A model generated the notes under the pieces. It worked only from the letters and a program-made list of their open reading frames with translations, was not told the DNA's origin and ran no database searches. DNA of 64,000 nucleotides from Saprospirales bacterium (lineage in GTDB: Bacteria; Bacteroidota; Bacteroidia; Chitinophagales; UBA8649): assembly GCA_002708985.1 (NCBI GenBank), contig PAPS01000017.1, positions 21,459 through 85,458 on the forward strand, read 5' to 3'. This document shows, piece by piece, positions 9,569 to 19,577 of this stretch. The position numbers and the translations under genes were made by a program. How positions within the stretch are numbered: the stretch's first letter is position 1; the number at the start of each line of letters is the position of its first letter.

Positions 9569-10936
9569 TTATAGGGATTGCATAGTGTTAAAGCCCTCTA
9601 ATAAGTCAGCAACCCGACGCACAAACTGTCCTCCAAGAGCTCCATCCACCAATCTGTGATCATAGGTATGGGATAAAAACATCTTATGTCGTATGCCTAT
9701 TTGGTCACCCAAAGGTGTCTCAATTACGGCGACCTTTTTTTGTATTGCACCCACTGCTAAGATGCCCACCTGGGGCTGGTTAATAATTGGCGTTCCCATT
9801 ACATTTCCAAAACTCCCCACATTGGTCACCGTGTAGGTTCCCCCTTCGATTTCAATAGGTTTTAGGTTGTTGTTTCGTGCTCGGTTAGCCAAATCATTTA
9901 CGGCCTTAGTCAATCCAAGAAGGCTCAATCTGTCAGCATCCTTAATCACAGGGACAATTAGATTTCCTGAAGGAAGTGCTGTCGCCATCCCAATATTAAT
10001 CGACTTGTGTAAAATGATATGTTCTCCATCTAATGAAGCGTTTACATAAGGAAAATCTCTTAGGGCCTGAGCAACGGCTTGTAAGAAAATAGGTGTAAAT
10101 GTTATTTTTTCTCCCTCTCGGCGCTGGAAGTCTCCCTTAATGTTATTCCTCCAATCCACTATTTGGGTGACATCGGCCTCAACAAATGAAGTAACATGGG
10201 CAGACGTTGCTTTGGAGTGGACCATGTGTTTCGCAATGAGCTTTCTCATTCGATCCATCTCTACAATTTCTACCTCTCCACTAAATGATGGTGGGGCTGG
10301 AGGTGGGGATTTATCCGCTTCTGACTGCATTGCTGGCTGAACTACAGGTTCTGTTGCAACTTCTTTTTCTTTAAGCGGTTGAGCAGGTTGGGAAGGGGCC
10401 TTCTCAGGTGCGGAACGAGAAGAAAGGTAAGCGAGAATATCTTTTTTAGTAACTCGACCCTCTTTACCTGTGCCTGGGATAGCGTCTAGCTCTTGTTGGC
10501 CAATACCCTCAGCTTGCGCGATTTTTCGAACAAGTGGAGAGTAAAATCGTCCGCCGCCATTTACTTGAACCGACTCAACCGCTACTGTAGCTTTTTCAGG
10601 AACATAAGGAACAATTTCTTCCTCGGGCTGTGCAGCTACCTCTGTGGTTTTGACCTGGCTCTCCATATCACTTGAATTGCTTTCGGTCACATCACCTTCT
10701 GTAGCAATTACACAGAGAATTTCACCTACCTGGACCACATCCCCTTCGTTGTGGGGTAGCTCAACGATAACCCCCTCAAATTCAGAAGGAACCTCGGAGT
10801 CTACTTTATCTGTGGCTATTTCGGCAATCGGCTCGTCAAGTTCTACGGAGTCACCCACACCCTTAAGCCAAGTTAACACAGTTGCTTCTGTTATACTTTC
10901 TCCCATTTTGGGCATCAATTGCTGCCTATTTGCCAT
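9569..10936 (-). CDS. 2-oxoacid dehydrogenase E2 component (dihydrolipoamide acyltransferase)
   Basis: It has a single lipoyl domain (IATDKVDSEVPS), an E3-binding domain (SPLVRKIAQAEGI), a P/A/E-rich linker, and a catalytic domain ending in SHTYDHRLVDGA. Substrate class (pyruvate, 2-oxoglutarate or branched-chain) cannot be called by eye. Confidence 0.85.
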   Translation of the reverse strand: MANRQQLMPKMGESITEATVLTWLKGVGDSVELDEPIAEIATDKVDSEVPSEFEGVIVELPHNEGDVVQVGEILCVIATEGDVTESNSSDMESQVKTTEVAAQPEEEIVPYVPEKATVAVESVQVNGGGRFYSPLVRKIAQAEGIGQQELDAIPGTGKEGRVTKKDILAYLSSRSAPEKAPSQPAQPLKEKEVATEPVVQPAMQSEADKSPPPAPPSFSGEVEIVEMDRMRKLIAKHMVHSKATSAHVTSFVEADVTQIVDWRNNIKGDFQRREGEKITFTPIFLQAVAQALRDFPYVNASLDGEHIILHKSINIGMATALPSGNLIVPVIKDADRLSLLGLTKAVNDLANRARNNNLKPIEIEGGTYTVTNVGSFGNVMGTPIINQPQVGILAVGAIQKKVAVIETPLGDQIGIRHKMFLSHTYDHRLVDGALGGQFVRRVADLLEGFNTMQSL

Positions 10937-11008
10937 AGTGTTAAAATTACCCTTAATACTGAGATAAAGATATTCTAAAGTTTGTGGTTGAACAAACCAT
11001 TACTGCGG

Positions 11009-12250
11009 TTAAGCCTCAAGAGAGCCTTGCAAGGCAAGACGAATCATATTGAGGGCCAATGTAGTCGTTAGCGCAATATTCACCTGTCTATCTGTATGAA
11101 GCCTAAACTTTTTGTGGTAGGTTATTTCATTGTGGCACAACGCTATATGCACAGTGCCCACCGGTTTTTTAGGGCTACCTCCGTCTGGGCCGGCAATTCC
11201 GGTTACCGCAAGCGCCATATCTGCACCAGAATTGGCCTTAGAACCCTCGGCCATTGACCTTGCCACCTCTTCACTCACCGCTCCAAAAGAATCTATAAGG
11301 TCTTTTTTAACATCAATTTCCTTGTGCTTCCATTCATTAGAGTACACGACATGTCCACCCAAAAGGTATTGACTCGATCCAGGGTGTTTTACCAATGTAG
11401 CCAGAATATTGCCCCCTGTGCAACTTTCGGCAAGCGCGAGCTTTACTCTATGCTCAATAAGTATATTATGCACCACGTAAGAAAGGGTTGTATTTTCCTT
11501 AGCAAACACCAAGTGCCCCAAACACTCCTCAATGGACCGGGCAATCTTTTTGCTCTCCTGTTTTAGTTTATTTGAGCTGGTAAGTCTTAGGCGAACTCCC
11601 TGAAGCGAGGGCAGATAGGCCAAATCCACCCCCTTTGGCATACTTTTCTCAATACTTTCAAGCGCTACAGATAGGCTTGACTCCCCTTGGCCAGCAGTCA
11701 TAATCCATTGAACAAATAGGGGTTCCACATCATATCGCGAACGAATGCGGGGCAAGACCTCTTCCTCCATAATGATTTTCATTTCGTAGGGCACTCCCGG
11801 CAGAGATATAATAGCACCTCGGGCGTGGTCTACCCAGGTTCCCACTGCGGTCCCTTTAGAATTGGGTAGTATTTCTGACCCTTCACATACCCATGACAAC
11901 TTTTCATTAAGCGCAACAACCTGTTGACCCCTCGGTGAAAAATGTTTTTCGAGCAAATTGGCTAAGCCTTCATCTCGCACGAGTGGTCTTTTACAGAACC
12001 CTGCAATTGCCTCACGTGTCTTATCATCTTTTGTTGGACCTAATCCGCCGGTCAAAATGACCACTTCTGCCTTATCTAGAGCAACTTCGAGAGCCCATTG
12101 TATGTCAGAAAGGCCATCTCCTACATTAATACGGGCACTAACAATTACTCCGATTTCAATCAATTCTTGAGATAACCAGGTAGCATTTGTGTCATCTATA
12201 TTGCCATAAAGAAGCTCATCCCCAATTGTTACTAAAGCACACTTAATCAT
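11009..12250 (-). CDS. cinA: CinA-family competence/damage-inducible protein (MoCF-binding domain plus PncC-type NMN deamidase domain)
   Basis: The N-terminus VTIGDELLYG...DTN and the LTGGLGPTKDD motif are present. The C-terminal ESCTGG...GIAGP block is typical of the CinA/PncC domain. Confidence 0.85.
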   Translation of the reverse strand: MIKCALVTIGDELLYGNIDDTNATWLSQELIEIGVIVSARINVGDGLSDIQWALEVALDKAEVVILTGGLGPTKDDKTREAIAGFCKRPLVRDEGLANLLEKHFSPRGQQVVALNEKLSWVCEGSEILPNSKGTAVGTWVDHARGAIISLPGVPYEMKIIMEEEVLPRIRSRYDVEPLFVQWIMTAGQGESSLSVALESIEKSMPKGVDLAYLPSLQGVRLRLTSSNKLKQESKKIARSIEECLGHLVFAKENTTLSYVVHNILIEHRVKLALAESCTGGNILATLVKHPGSSQYLLGGHVVYSNEWKHKEIDVKKDLIDSFGAVSEEVARSMAEGSKANSGADMALAVTGIAGPDGGSPKKPVGTVHIALCHNEITYHKKFRLHTDRQVNIALTTTLALNMIRLALQGSLEA

Positions 12251-12258
12251 AAAATCCC

Positions 12259-14907
12259 TTAAAAATCATCAAAACTTCCTGGAGGTTTTTGACGGCTTAA
12301 TTTTAAAAATTGTAATACATCGCTTAATACCCTTAACTCAATACTATAGGTTTGACGTGAAATTGGATAGGCTGTCCAATTAAAACTAAGCGACCAGCAG
12401 TGAAGGTCGCGCATCACCCGAACATTGGTAAGCGTTAAATCTCTGTTTCTGAAGTCATATCCCGTTGTGGCCACAATCTTCCATTTTGGAGTAATGTTTA
12501 CACTACCGTTCATAGACAAGCTTTGAGTAAATAGAATTGTGTCAGGATTGTAGGATATGCCCGTTTGCCTATTTAGATTATATCTCATAGATAGGGTCCA
12601 GGGGATGTCAAAGTCATAATATGCATCCATATTAGCGAGATAGTACTCGCGCTCACTCATGCTTCCAGCGCTTTCCGGAAGATTCTTTTCCTGCTTTGGT
12701 TTGCCTTTTAAATCAAGATTGAGCGATAGCTGGCTATTTGTCAATCGAAATAGGCGCCTAGATGTAGCCCAATAAAGAGTGTTTATTCTCCTGTTGTTTG
12801 TATCTACTGCATAAGGATCAAACGTATTTCTAAACTGGATGCGAAAGTATTGGCCAACCTTAGTTTGAAGATTTACCGTTAGTGGACTAGAGCGAAGCGA
12901 ATCTGCTGTAAAATTGTAGCTCCAATCCAGGTTTAGCTGCTCTAAAAGGGGAAGATTTGCAAGGTTTTTATAAGGCATGCCCGCTCGTTGAGAGGACCCA
13001 CAATAAGTTGCCGAAGAATCCTTAGAGGGCTTGCACACCTTCATATCAAAAGTGTTATTGATGGCAATTCGAAACAAATTGCTCCCACCCCTTCCTGGCG
13101 CACCCCCATAAATACTTGATAATATAGAATATGGATCATAGGTCACCGTATTGCCTGTTGATGTATTGAGATATTGGCCGTAATAACCCCACTTCTCTTG
13201 ACCAAAATCTGGGCGATAAGTATACGAGACGCTTGGTTTCATTACGTGACGGATAGCCCTTAATCGTTTAGATTGAGAAATGTTAAAAATCCCAGTAAGT
13301 ACCGTATTGGCCGTTAAACTAAAATCAAATGATCGGATGGCCTGAAAGCCAGCAACCGTGTCAACAAACACTTGATTAAACAATGTATCTACTTCGCCCG
13401 AGGGAATATCCACAAAGACCGTGTCTTGAAAACGCCGTGTCGACGTTTGGGGGTACCACTTTTCTACATATGAAAAACGAGGACTGACATTGATGTGTTT
13501 AAAAACAGGAAGGTTAATATCCGCACTCGCATTGTGGCGAATTCCATATTGTATACTTTCCGTAAACTGGGGAGTGAACAATAGAGAATCAAAAGAGGTT
13601 GCCGAGGCTTTTCCCCTCACACTATAGGTAAACCCCAATCGTTTGTACCATGGAGTTTTTCCTAGGTTTTTCTTGGTAGATATATTGTTAAAGGGCGTGA
13701 ATCGACTGACCGCAAATGTTACTTCAGGAAGTATAAAACTTATTCTGCCCGTCTGAAGATTTTGATCGTGACGTGCTTGTATACTAAGATTATAAGGCTT
13801 CCCTGTAAATTTTCTGCTGTAACTCAGACGACTTGTTAGCGCGACCTCAAGCAATTGGTTCGTCGTCTGGAGGCTATTGTTGTTATAGGAGCGCGTGGAT
13901 CCAGAAACATTGGCGGAAAACGATGAGTTCGGGCGTGCCTTGGGGTCCATTTGGTGTGACCATGTCAGGCGTACATCATGACTTGGTTTACTATCTGGTT
14001 GGTCAGGGTTGGCCGAAGGAGTGAGAAAATATGACCACTGAAGTCGGCCATTCCTCTTATAACGCTTTTTATACTGAACATCCGTATTTAGACCAAAGAG
14101 TCCTCGGGAATAAAGGTCGGCTGTTGTAGTCAATGTAAACCCATCGTTAAGGGCCCAAAAATACCCGCCGCCCTTGAGAAAAAAACCAGCATTTGGCGCT
14201 TCGCCGGGTTCAGGAAAAATTACTCCAGAACGCCTTCCCTTGGTGTTTGGAAAAAGAGCAAAGGGAAGTCCTAGTGGTGTGGGAACTTCTGAGACGTGTA
14301 ACAAAACTGGACCAGTATAAACCCCTCGTTCAGGTACAACTACACTGCGATTGGCTTGAAGGTGAAAATGAGGATGGTCACGATTGGTGCAGGTTGTATA
14401 TCGAGTAGAAATACCATAGATATTTGTTGTGCTATCGCGTATAGCAACCTTACTTGAAAGTGTTGCCCCCTCGTGCTCTGTATAGGCTTCATAAATTATT
14501 CCGCGTTCTCTTTCAATTTGATACACCATTTTCTTGGCTTCAAAATCTTGGTCACCGGTGGTGAAATGCGGTATCTCTATCGATTCGCCCGCGCTATCCA
14601 AGACAGCCTCTGCGTATACCTCTGCATCTTCTCTATCGTACACAACGTAGCCGGCTGCAAGACTCATATCGTCATGAATTATTTCAGCCTCGCCATAGAG
14701 ATAAAGCTTTTTATCCTCAAAATTGTATACCGCCGAATCCCTCGCCTCGTATTGCACTGGGTTTTCAAGTGCCGCGGATGCGGGAGATGACCCATTCTCA
14801 TTGCCCTGAGCCAATAGATCTGCACCCCCTATCAAAGTGGCCGAAAAGTAGCACAAACGCACGATGAACTGTATATTTCTTAGCATCCTCAAAAGAAAGA
14901 TTGGCAT
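12259..14907 (-). CDS. LptD-like outer-membrane protein (OstA-like N-terminal domain plus large beta-barrel-type region)
   Basis: 882 aa with a signal sequence. An N-terminal OstA-like segment (YEARDSAVYNFEDKKLYLYGEAEIIHDDMSLAAGYVVYD) is followed by Y/F/S/T/N-rich alternating sequence typical of barrels. It ends in an aromatic residue (DDF). Confidence 0.55.
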   Translation of the reverse strand: MPIFLLRMLRNIQFIVRLCYFSATLIGGADLLAQGNENGSSPASAALENPVQYEARDSAVYNFEDKKLYLYGEAEIIHDDMSLAAGYVVYDREDAEVYAEAVLDSAGESIEIPHFTTGDQDFEAKKMVYQIERERGIIYEAYTEHEGATLSSKVAIRDSTTNIYGISTRYTTCTNRDHPHFHLQANRSVVVPERGVYTGPVLLHVSEVPTPLGLPFALFPNTKGRRSGVIFPEPGEAPNAGFFLKGGGYFWALNDGFTLTTTADLYSRGLFGLNTDVQYKKRYKRNGRLQWSYFLTPSANPDQPDSKPSHDVRLTWSHQMDPKARPNSSFSANVSGSTRSYNNNSLQTTNQLLEVALTSRLSYSRKFTGKPYNLSIQARHDQNLQTGRISFILPEVTFAVSRFTPFNNISTKKNLGKTPWYKRLGFTYSVRGKASATSFDSLLFTPQFTESIQYGIRHNASADINLPVFKHINVSPRFSYVEKWYPQTSTRRFQDTVFVDIPSGEVDTLFNQVFVDTVAGFQAIRSFDFSLTANTVLTGIFNISQSKRLRAIRHVMKPSVSYTYRPDFGQEKWGYYGQYLNTSTGNTVTYDPYSILSSIYGGAPGRGGSNLFRIAINNTFDMKVCKPSKDSSATYCGSSQRAGMPYKNLANLPLLEQLNLDWSYNFTADSLRSSPLTVNLQTKVGQYFRIQFRNTFDPYAVDTNNRRINTLYWATSRRLFRLTNSQLSLNLDLKGKPKQEKNLPESAGSMSEREYYLANMDAYYDFDIPWTLSMRYNLNRQTGISYNPDTILFTQSLSMNGSVNITPKWKIVATTGYDFRNRDLTLTNVRVMRDLHCWSLSFNWTAYPISRQTYSIELRVLSDVLQFLKLSRQKPPGSFDDF

Positions 14908-14944
14908 TATTTTCGAATAACGAAGGTAGCTTCAACAAATTTAG

Positions 14945-16021
14945 ATGTTCACGCCTAAACAACGACAATTAATGCTAAAGGTTGTCCTTTTCCATGTTCT
15001 TAGCACACCCTTTATCCTAAGCGGACAAATACAACACGTTGTCTTGGACGCAGGTCATGGAGGAAAAGACCCAGGCGCTGTGGCATTTAATACACAGGAA
15101 AAAGATGTTGCCTTGTCGGTTACATTAAAGGTGGGAAAGCTCATTGAAAAACACCTATCAACTGTTGAAGTATCTTATACCAGAGAGACTGATAAGTTTG
15201 TCGAACTTTTCCAAAGAGCTAAAATTGCCAATAGCAAGGAGGCTGATTTTTTTATAAGCATACATGCCAACGCCGCAAGTAACGAAAGTGCTCGTGGAAC
15301 AGAAACATTCGTGTTAGGTTTGCACAGGAATGATGCAAACCTTGAGGTTGTCCGGCGAGAAAATGCAGTCATAAGTCTAGAAGGGGGATATGAACAGGAA
15401 TATGTAGACATTACATCCCCCGAAGCACAAATATTACTTGAACTTCATCAACAAAACTATCTTGACCAAAGCATTCAGCTCGCAAGCCTTGTAGAAAAAC
15501 GCTTCTTTAATCACGCTGGGCTTAAATCGCGAGGCGTGAAGCAGGCTGGTTTCCTGGTATTATACAAAACTTCTATGCCTAGTGTATTAATTGAGCTCGG
15601 CTTCTTAACTCACAGAGAAGAATGTGTTTTTCTTGCTTCAGAAACAGGCCAAAATATCTTGGCTGAAAGTATATTCTTTGCCTTTCGAGACTTCGTGGAA
15701 AAAAACGCCTCAGACAATAATGAGCGTGCCATCGACCACAATACCAAAAAGGAAAATGAACGAATGGACAACACAACTTCCATTGACTCAAGCACAACGT
15801 ATAAAGTTCAATTGTTTGCCACGGGAAAAGAGTTGCCCGACAACCATGCTGTTTATTCCATTTTTAATTCCATCACCATCGAGACCATCGGATCCCTTTC
15901 GCGGGTCTTAACAGAAAGTACGCCGTCCAAAACCGAGGCGATTGGATGGATAGGGCAGGCTAAGGCGGCAGGATATGAAGATGCCTTCCTTGTCACCTAT
16001 CTGAATGGAATTAGACAATAA
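14945..16021 (+). CDS. N-acetylmuramoyl-L-alanine amidase (Amidase_3) with C-terminal SPOR-like domain
   Basis: LDAGHGGKDPGA, SIHANA and ETFV motifs are present. The C-terminal YKVQLFATGKEL...AGYEDAFLVTY resembles a SPOR peptidoglycan-binding domain. Confidence 0.85.
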   Translation: MFTPKQRQLMLKVVLFHVLSTPFILSGQIQHVVLDAGHGGKDPGAVAFNTQEKDVALSVTLKVGKLIEKHLSTVEVSYTRETDKFVELFQRAKIANSKEADFFISIHANAASNESARGTETFVLGLHRNDANLEVVRRENAVISLEGGYEQEYVDITSPEAQILLELHQQNYLDQSIQLASLVEKRFFNHAGLKSRGVKQAGFLVLYKTSMPSVLIELGFLTHREECVFLASETGQNILAESIFFAFRDFVEKNASDNNERAIDHNTKKENERMDNTTSIDSSTTYKVQLFATGKELPDNHAVYSIFNSITIETIGSLSRVLTESTPSKTEAIGWIGQAKAAGYEDAFLVTYLNGIRQ

Positions 16022-16060
16022 AAAATAAATAGTCTTAAAGGATTTCTTAGTTTTAAATCT

Positions 16061-17023
16061 ATGCATCGCGAAATAAAAGTTGGTCTATTTTTTTTAGTCG
16101 TCATCGCTATGGTCTTCGGTGCAATACAGTTTCTTAAAGGACGCGGTGTATTGCATATTGATCAAGAATTTACCGTGTATTACAACAATGTTCGCGGCTT
16201 GGCGCCTTCCGATAACGTGATTATCAACGGCCTTGTTGTGGGTAAGGTTTCTTCTTTAGAATTAGACAAGTACAACGGTGAAAGTGTGGTTAAGGTGGTT
16301 TTTACCCTTGACAACTCTATAGACCTGCCCAAAGGGTCGAAAGCAAAACTTGTAGGACCCGATTTTTTAGGGGAAACAAACATTGACCTCATTATGGGGA
16401 AAGAAACCTCAATGCTTCCGTCGGGTAGTGCGATTGAGGCGCAATATGACTCTACTATTTTTGATCAGTTAGCCAACGTCTCAGAAGGCATTGAGCCCAT
16501 TCTTCAAAATGCTGACAGCTTACTTAGAAATATAAATAAACTTTTTGCCTCAACCATAACGGCTTCGGACATTACCCTAAATGGCTTAGTTAACGATATT
16601 GACCAACTTGTCAAAACCTATGACGTGCTTGGCCAAAAAACATCGATTATGCTTGACGGAAAAGGAGAACAAATCGGTCAAGTTTTAGCAAACCTCAATG
16701 GCATAACCATCAATTTGAAAAACCAAACCGATGTGTTGTCGGGAATATTACAAAATGTTGATACACTAACTACCAACCTGGCGCGCGTTGACTTTGACAA
16801 TACCGTAAACCGTTTGGACGACGCACTTATAAGTATTAACTCTTTAGTTGACACCATTCAATATGGAGAAGGAAGCCTACAAAAACTAATCAAAGATGAT
16901 GTTTTACATGAAGAGCTTTTAACCACCGCTCTGTCACTTGACTCCTTACTAACCGATCTCAAAAACAATCCTTCGCGATATGTGTCGTTTTCTCTTATAG
17001 AGCGGAAAGAGCGTCGCAAATAG
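16061..17023 (+). CDS. MlaD/MCE-family protein
   Basis: An N-terminal anchor (EIKVGLFFLVVIAMVFG) is followed by an MCE core (VRGLAPSDNVIINGLVVGKVSSLEL...AKLVGPDFLGETNIDL) and a long helical C-terminus. Confidence 0.8.
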   Translation: MHREIKVGLFFLVVIAMVFGAIQFLKGRGVLHIDQEFTVYYNNVRGLAPSDNVIINGLVVGKVSSLELDKYNGESVVKVVFTLDNSIDLPKGSKAKLVGPDFLGETNIDLIMGKETSMLPSGSAIEAQYDSTIFDQLANVSEGIEPILQNADSLLRNINKLFASTITASDITLNGLVNDIDQLVKTYDVLGQKTSIMLDGKGEQIGQVLANLNGITINLKNQTDVLSGILQNVDTLTTNLARVDFDNTVNRLDDALISINSLVDTIQYGEGSLQKLIKDDVLHEELLTTALSLDSLLTDLKNNPSRYVSFSLIERKERRK

Positions 17024-17024
17024 T

Positions 17025-18665
17025 ATGAAATGGTTGGTCTGTAATTTCTTATTGCTCTTATCCATTGGGTCACACCACCTCTATGCACAATCTAATGTAC
17101 CTAGTCAAGATACTGCAGTCACTGACAGTGTCTATCTCCAGGCCTTTCAACAAATGCAGATTTTTCAAAGTGACACCAATACTCGATATGTATTAGTCGG
17201 AGATGTTATTCTTTCTGCCGACAGCAATTTGTTTTTTTGCGACAGCCTCATCTTTGATAGTGACATAGACTCTGGTATCATTCGTGCATACAATAATATT
17301 CAGGTAACCACCATAGAGGGTATCGTGATCACCTCTGACTCTCTGGTCTACTCATTACAAACTAGTTCGGGGCGGTTTCTTGGGCACTGCACGTATACCG
17401 AGAATCGTAAGCGAATCAAAAGCCCCTTTATATCCTTTAATACAGCTACTGGCCAGGGTCAGTTTGCTGGTGGGGGACAACTTAGGCAAGGGAATACTCG
17501 TATTCGAAGTAACTATGGAAACTATTCATCAAGAGGGGGGCGCTCAAGGCTAACTGGTGAAGTTGAAATTAGACAAGGACCAACCCTAATTCTTTCGAAG
17601 GACATTATATATAATTCTAAGACGGGGGCTGGTAAAATTTTGGACTCCACTGTAATTTATGAAGAAGACTTGACCATTTATTGCCACAAAGGCCAACTTG
17701 GTGGAGATGGGAAGCCATCGATTTTTGGAGAAGGAACGCTCTTTGTGTCTGGAAGTAAGATAGGGTGGTGTAACAATGCCCGATTCAACCCAGCAGATAG
17801 CGCAATAAGCCTTTTATCGGATTACCACATCTATGATACCATTGATAGTATTGGCATGTGGGGTGTTCTCGCTACGCTTGATGACAAGAATGGGTCTCTC
17901 TGGGGATATAACAGGCCGATGGTATACTCAATTAGTGGTCAAGACACGCTTTTTTTGGCAGCCGACACCATTTATGCCTTAAAAGATTCGACAGGGGTAG
18001 TAGACTCTATGGCTAAACCCACTCAGCTTTTTGGATGGGGGTCTGCCATGTTTTTTGGTCAAAATGAACAGGGTCAAGCTGACTCGATTCACTGGGTAAG
18101 TGCAACAGATTACTTGGCACTTGATGGCGATGTTGTGTTATGGAATGATTCCGTTGAGGTCTTGTCGGGAATGGGCAAATTAGAGACAGACAGCAATAAC
18201 CAGCACAAACGAAAACTATCCTTTTGGGGAGGTGCTTTTTGGAGCAGGGCGCTAAAGCCTCGAGGTTTTTTTGATCAGGTAGCAGGAGACAGTCTGTTTA
18301 TTATACTTCGCGATACACTCATTCAACAAATTGAAGTAAGTAATAATGCCCAGATTTTAGTTCTAATTGAGTCAGAAACTGACGGACTTTATGAAAACGG
18401 AAACCGGTCAGATGCCACCTACGCTCTCCTTCGACTTGATTCCCTGGGTGAAGTTCTTTCCATGCGGCTCGAAGATGGGGTGTTTGGAGATGTTTTCCCC
18501 ATTATTGATGAAGCAGGAATAGCTCAACCTCCAATGCTTGATGCTTATCAAAGTAAGCGACACCAAAGGCCCCGCACTTATGTTGACCTCATAAGTAATC
18601 CAAAAAGAGTACCCCAAGACCCCCTTTTACTATACATGCGGTATTTTAATCAGTGGGCAAAATAG
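17025..18665 (+). CDS. secreted OstA/LptA-like repeat protein
   Basis: It has a signal peptide (LLLLSIGSHHLYAQ). Repeated beta-strand-type segments resemble OstA_N/LptA (YVLVGDVILSADSNLFFCDSLIFD; LTGEVEIRQGPTLILSKDIIYN). The ATG lies 1 nt after the MlaD stop. Confidence 0.45.
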   Translation: MKWLVCNFLLLLSIGSHHLYAQSNVPSQDTAVTDSVYLQAFQQMQIFQSDTNTRYVLVGDVILSADSNLFFCDSLIFDSDIDSGIIRAYNNIQVTTIEGIVITSDSLVYSLQTSSGRFLGHCTYTENRKRIKSPFISFNTATGQGQFAGGGQLRQGNTRIRSNYGNYSSRGGRSRLTGEVEIRQGPTLILSKDIIYNSKTGAGKILDSTVIYEEDLTIYCHKGQLGGDGKPSIFGEGTLFVSGSKIGWCNNARFNPADSAISLLSDYHIYDTIDSIGMWGVLATLDDKNGSLWGYNRPMVYSISGQDTLFLAADTIYALKDSTGVVDSMAKPTQLFGWGSAMFFGQNEQGQADSIHWVSATDYLALDGDVVLWNDSVEVLSGMGKLETDSNNQHKRKLSFWGGAFWSRALKPRGFFDQVAGDSLFIILRDTLIQQIEVSNNAQILVLIESETDGLYENGNRSDATYALLRLDSLGEVLSMRLEDGVFGDVFPIIDEAGIAQPPMLDAYQSKRHQRPRTYVDLISNPKRVPQDPLLLYMRYFNQWAK

Positions 18666-19551
18666 CCGAGGGGTCGGGAACCCACTCCCAATGTGTCCCA
18701 TTCCAACGATACCCAGCATCTGTCCCGTCGGGCACATAATTATAAAGTGTTTCTTTTGCCGAATTGTGGATTGGGCTAAGGTGGCTGTATGTTATCATGT
18801 TCGATGATTCATCAACGGATAGTCTAAATATCGTCCCCTCTTTGTGTTCGAAAAATAGCCTCGTCGTAAGCGAATCCTGAGAAAAAACGTCCCCTTCTGC
18901 CACAACTGGCATGTCTTGTGGATACATAAATTGTGAGGCCCCAAAACTAACCTCTCCATCCTTAAGCACCAATACGTCCAATATTATAAAGTCACTAAGG
19001 CTATCTTTTCTATCGTAGCCCATGAGTAAATAATGGCCGTCATTGGGCCCTGCAGAGGCCGACACATTATAGTAAATTTGGCCATACCAATTGCTTCTAG
19101 AAAGAATTTCCTTAGTTCTGTAAGGATGCATATCGCTAGCATCAAATAGAGGAAGAAGCATACCAGGGCTTTTCCGCTGTTGTATTACGCCGAAATGCCT
19201 CACGTGATTGTCCGTTACAAAGAGTTCCCATGTAATAATTCGAAAAGAGCTATCGGGTGGATAGACCTCAAAAAGCCCAACAAGAAAAGAAGAAAAGTTT
19301 GTCGATAAATCAACGTCTGTCGCAAGGGCTCGCGCCAAAAGGGGTATAAAGGCCTTGTTCGCATTACTTCTTATATCTGAAGCACTTTCCGTTGCATTCA
19401 CAAGAGCCCATTGTTCGGCAAGCAGCAGGTGTATACCACTCTCCTTGTCGTCCTGTGTGGTTGTGGGCGATTGGGCCACAAGGGGACTTACGCATACAAG
19501 CAGACAGATAATTCCTATGGCTCGACAGCACATCACCTCTCTAAAACGCAT
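18646..19551 (-). CDS. secreted hypothetical protein
   Basis: 301-aa ORF with a signal peptide (IICLLVCVSPLVAQS). No family recognised. It overlaps the convergent upstream gene end by 20 nt. Confidence 0.6.
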   Translation of the reverse strand: MRFREVMCCRAIGIICLLVCVSPLVAQSPTTTQDDKESGIHLLLAEQWALVNATESASDIRSNANKAFIPLLARALATDVDLSTNFSSFLVGLFEVYPPDSSFRIITWELFVTDNHVRHFGVIQQRKSPGMLLPLFDASDMHPYRTKEILSRSNWYGQIYYNVSASAGPNDGHYLLMGYDRKDSLSDFIILDVLVLKDGEVSFGASQFMYPQDMPVVAEGDVFSQDSLTTRLFFEHKEGTIFRLSVDESSNMITYSHLSPIHNSAKETLYNYVPDGTDAGYRWNGTHWEWVPDPSAILPTD

Positions 19552-19577
19552 AAACCCGAAGTATTGTTATTCAACGC

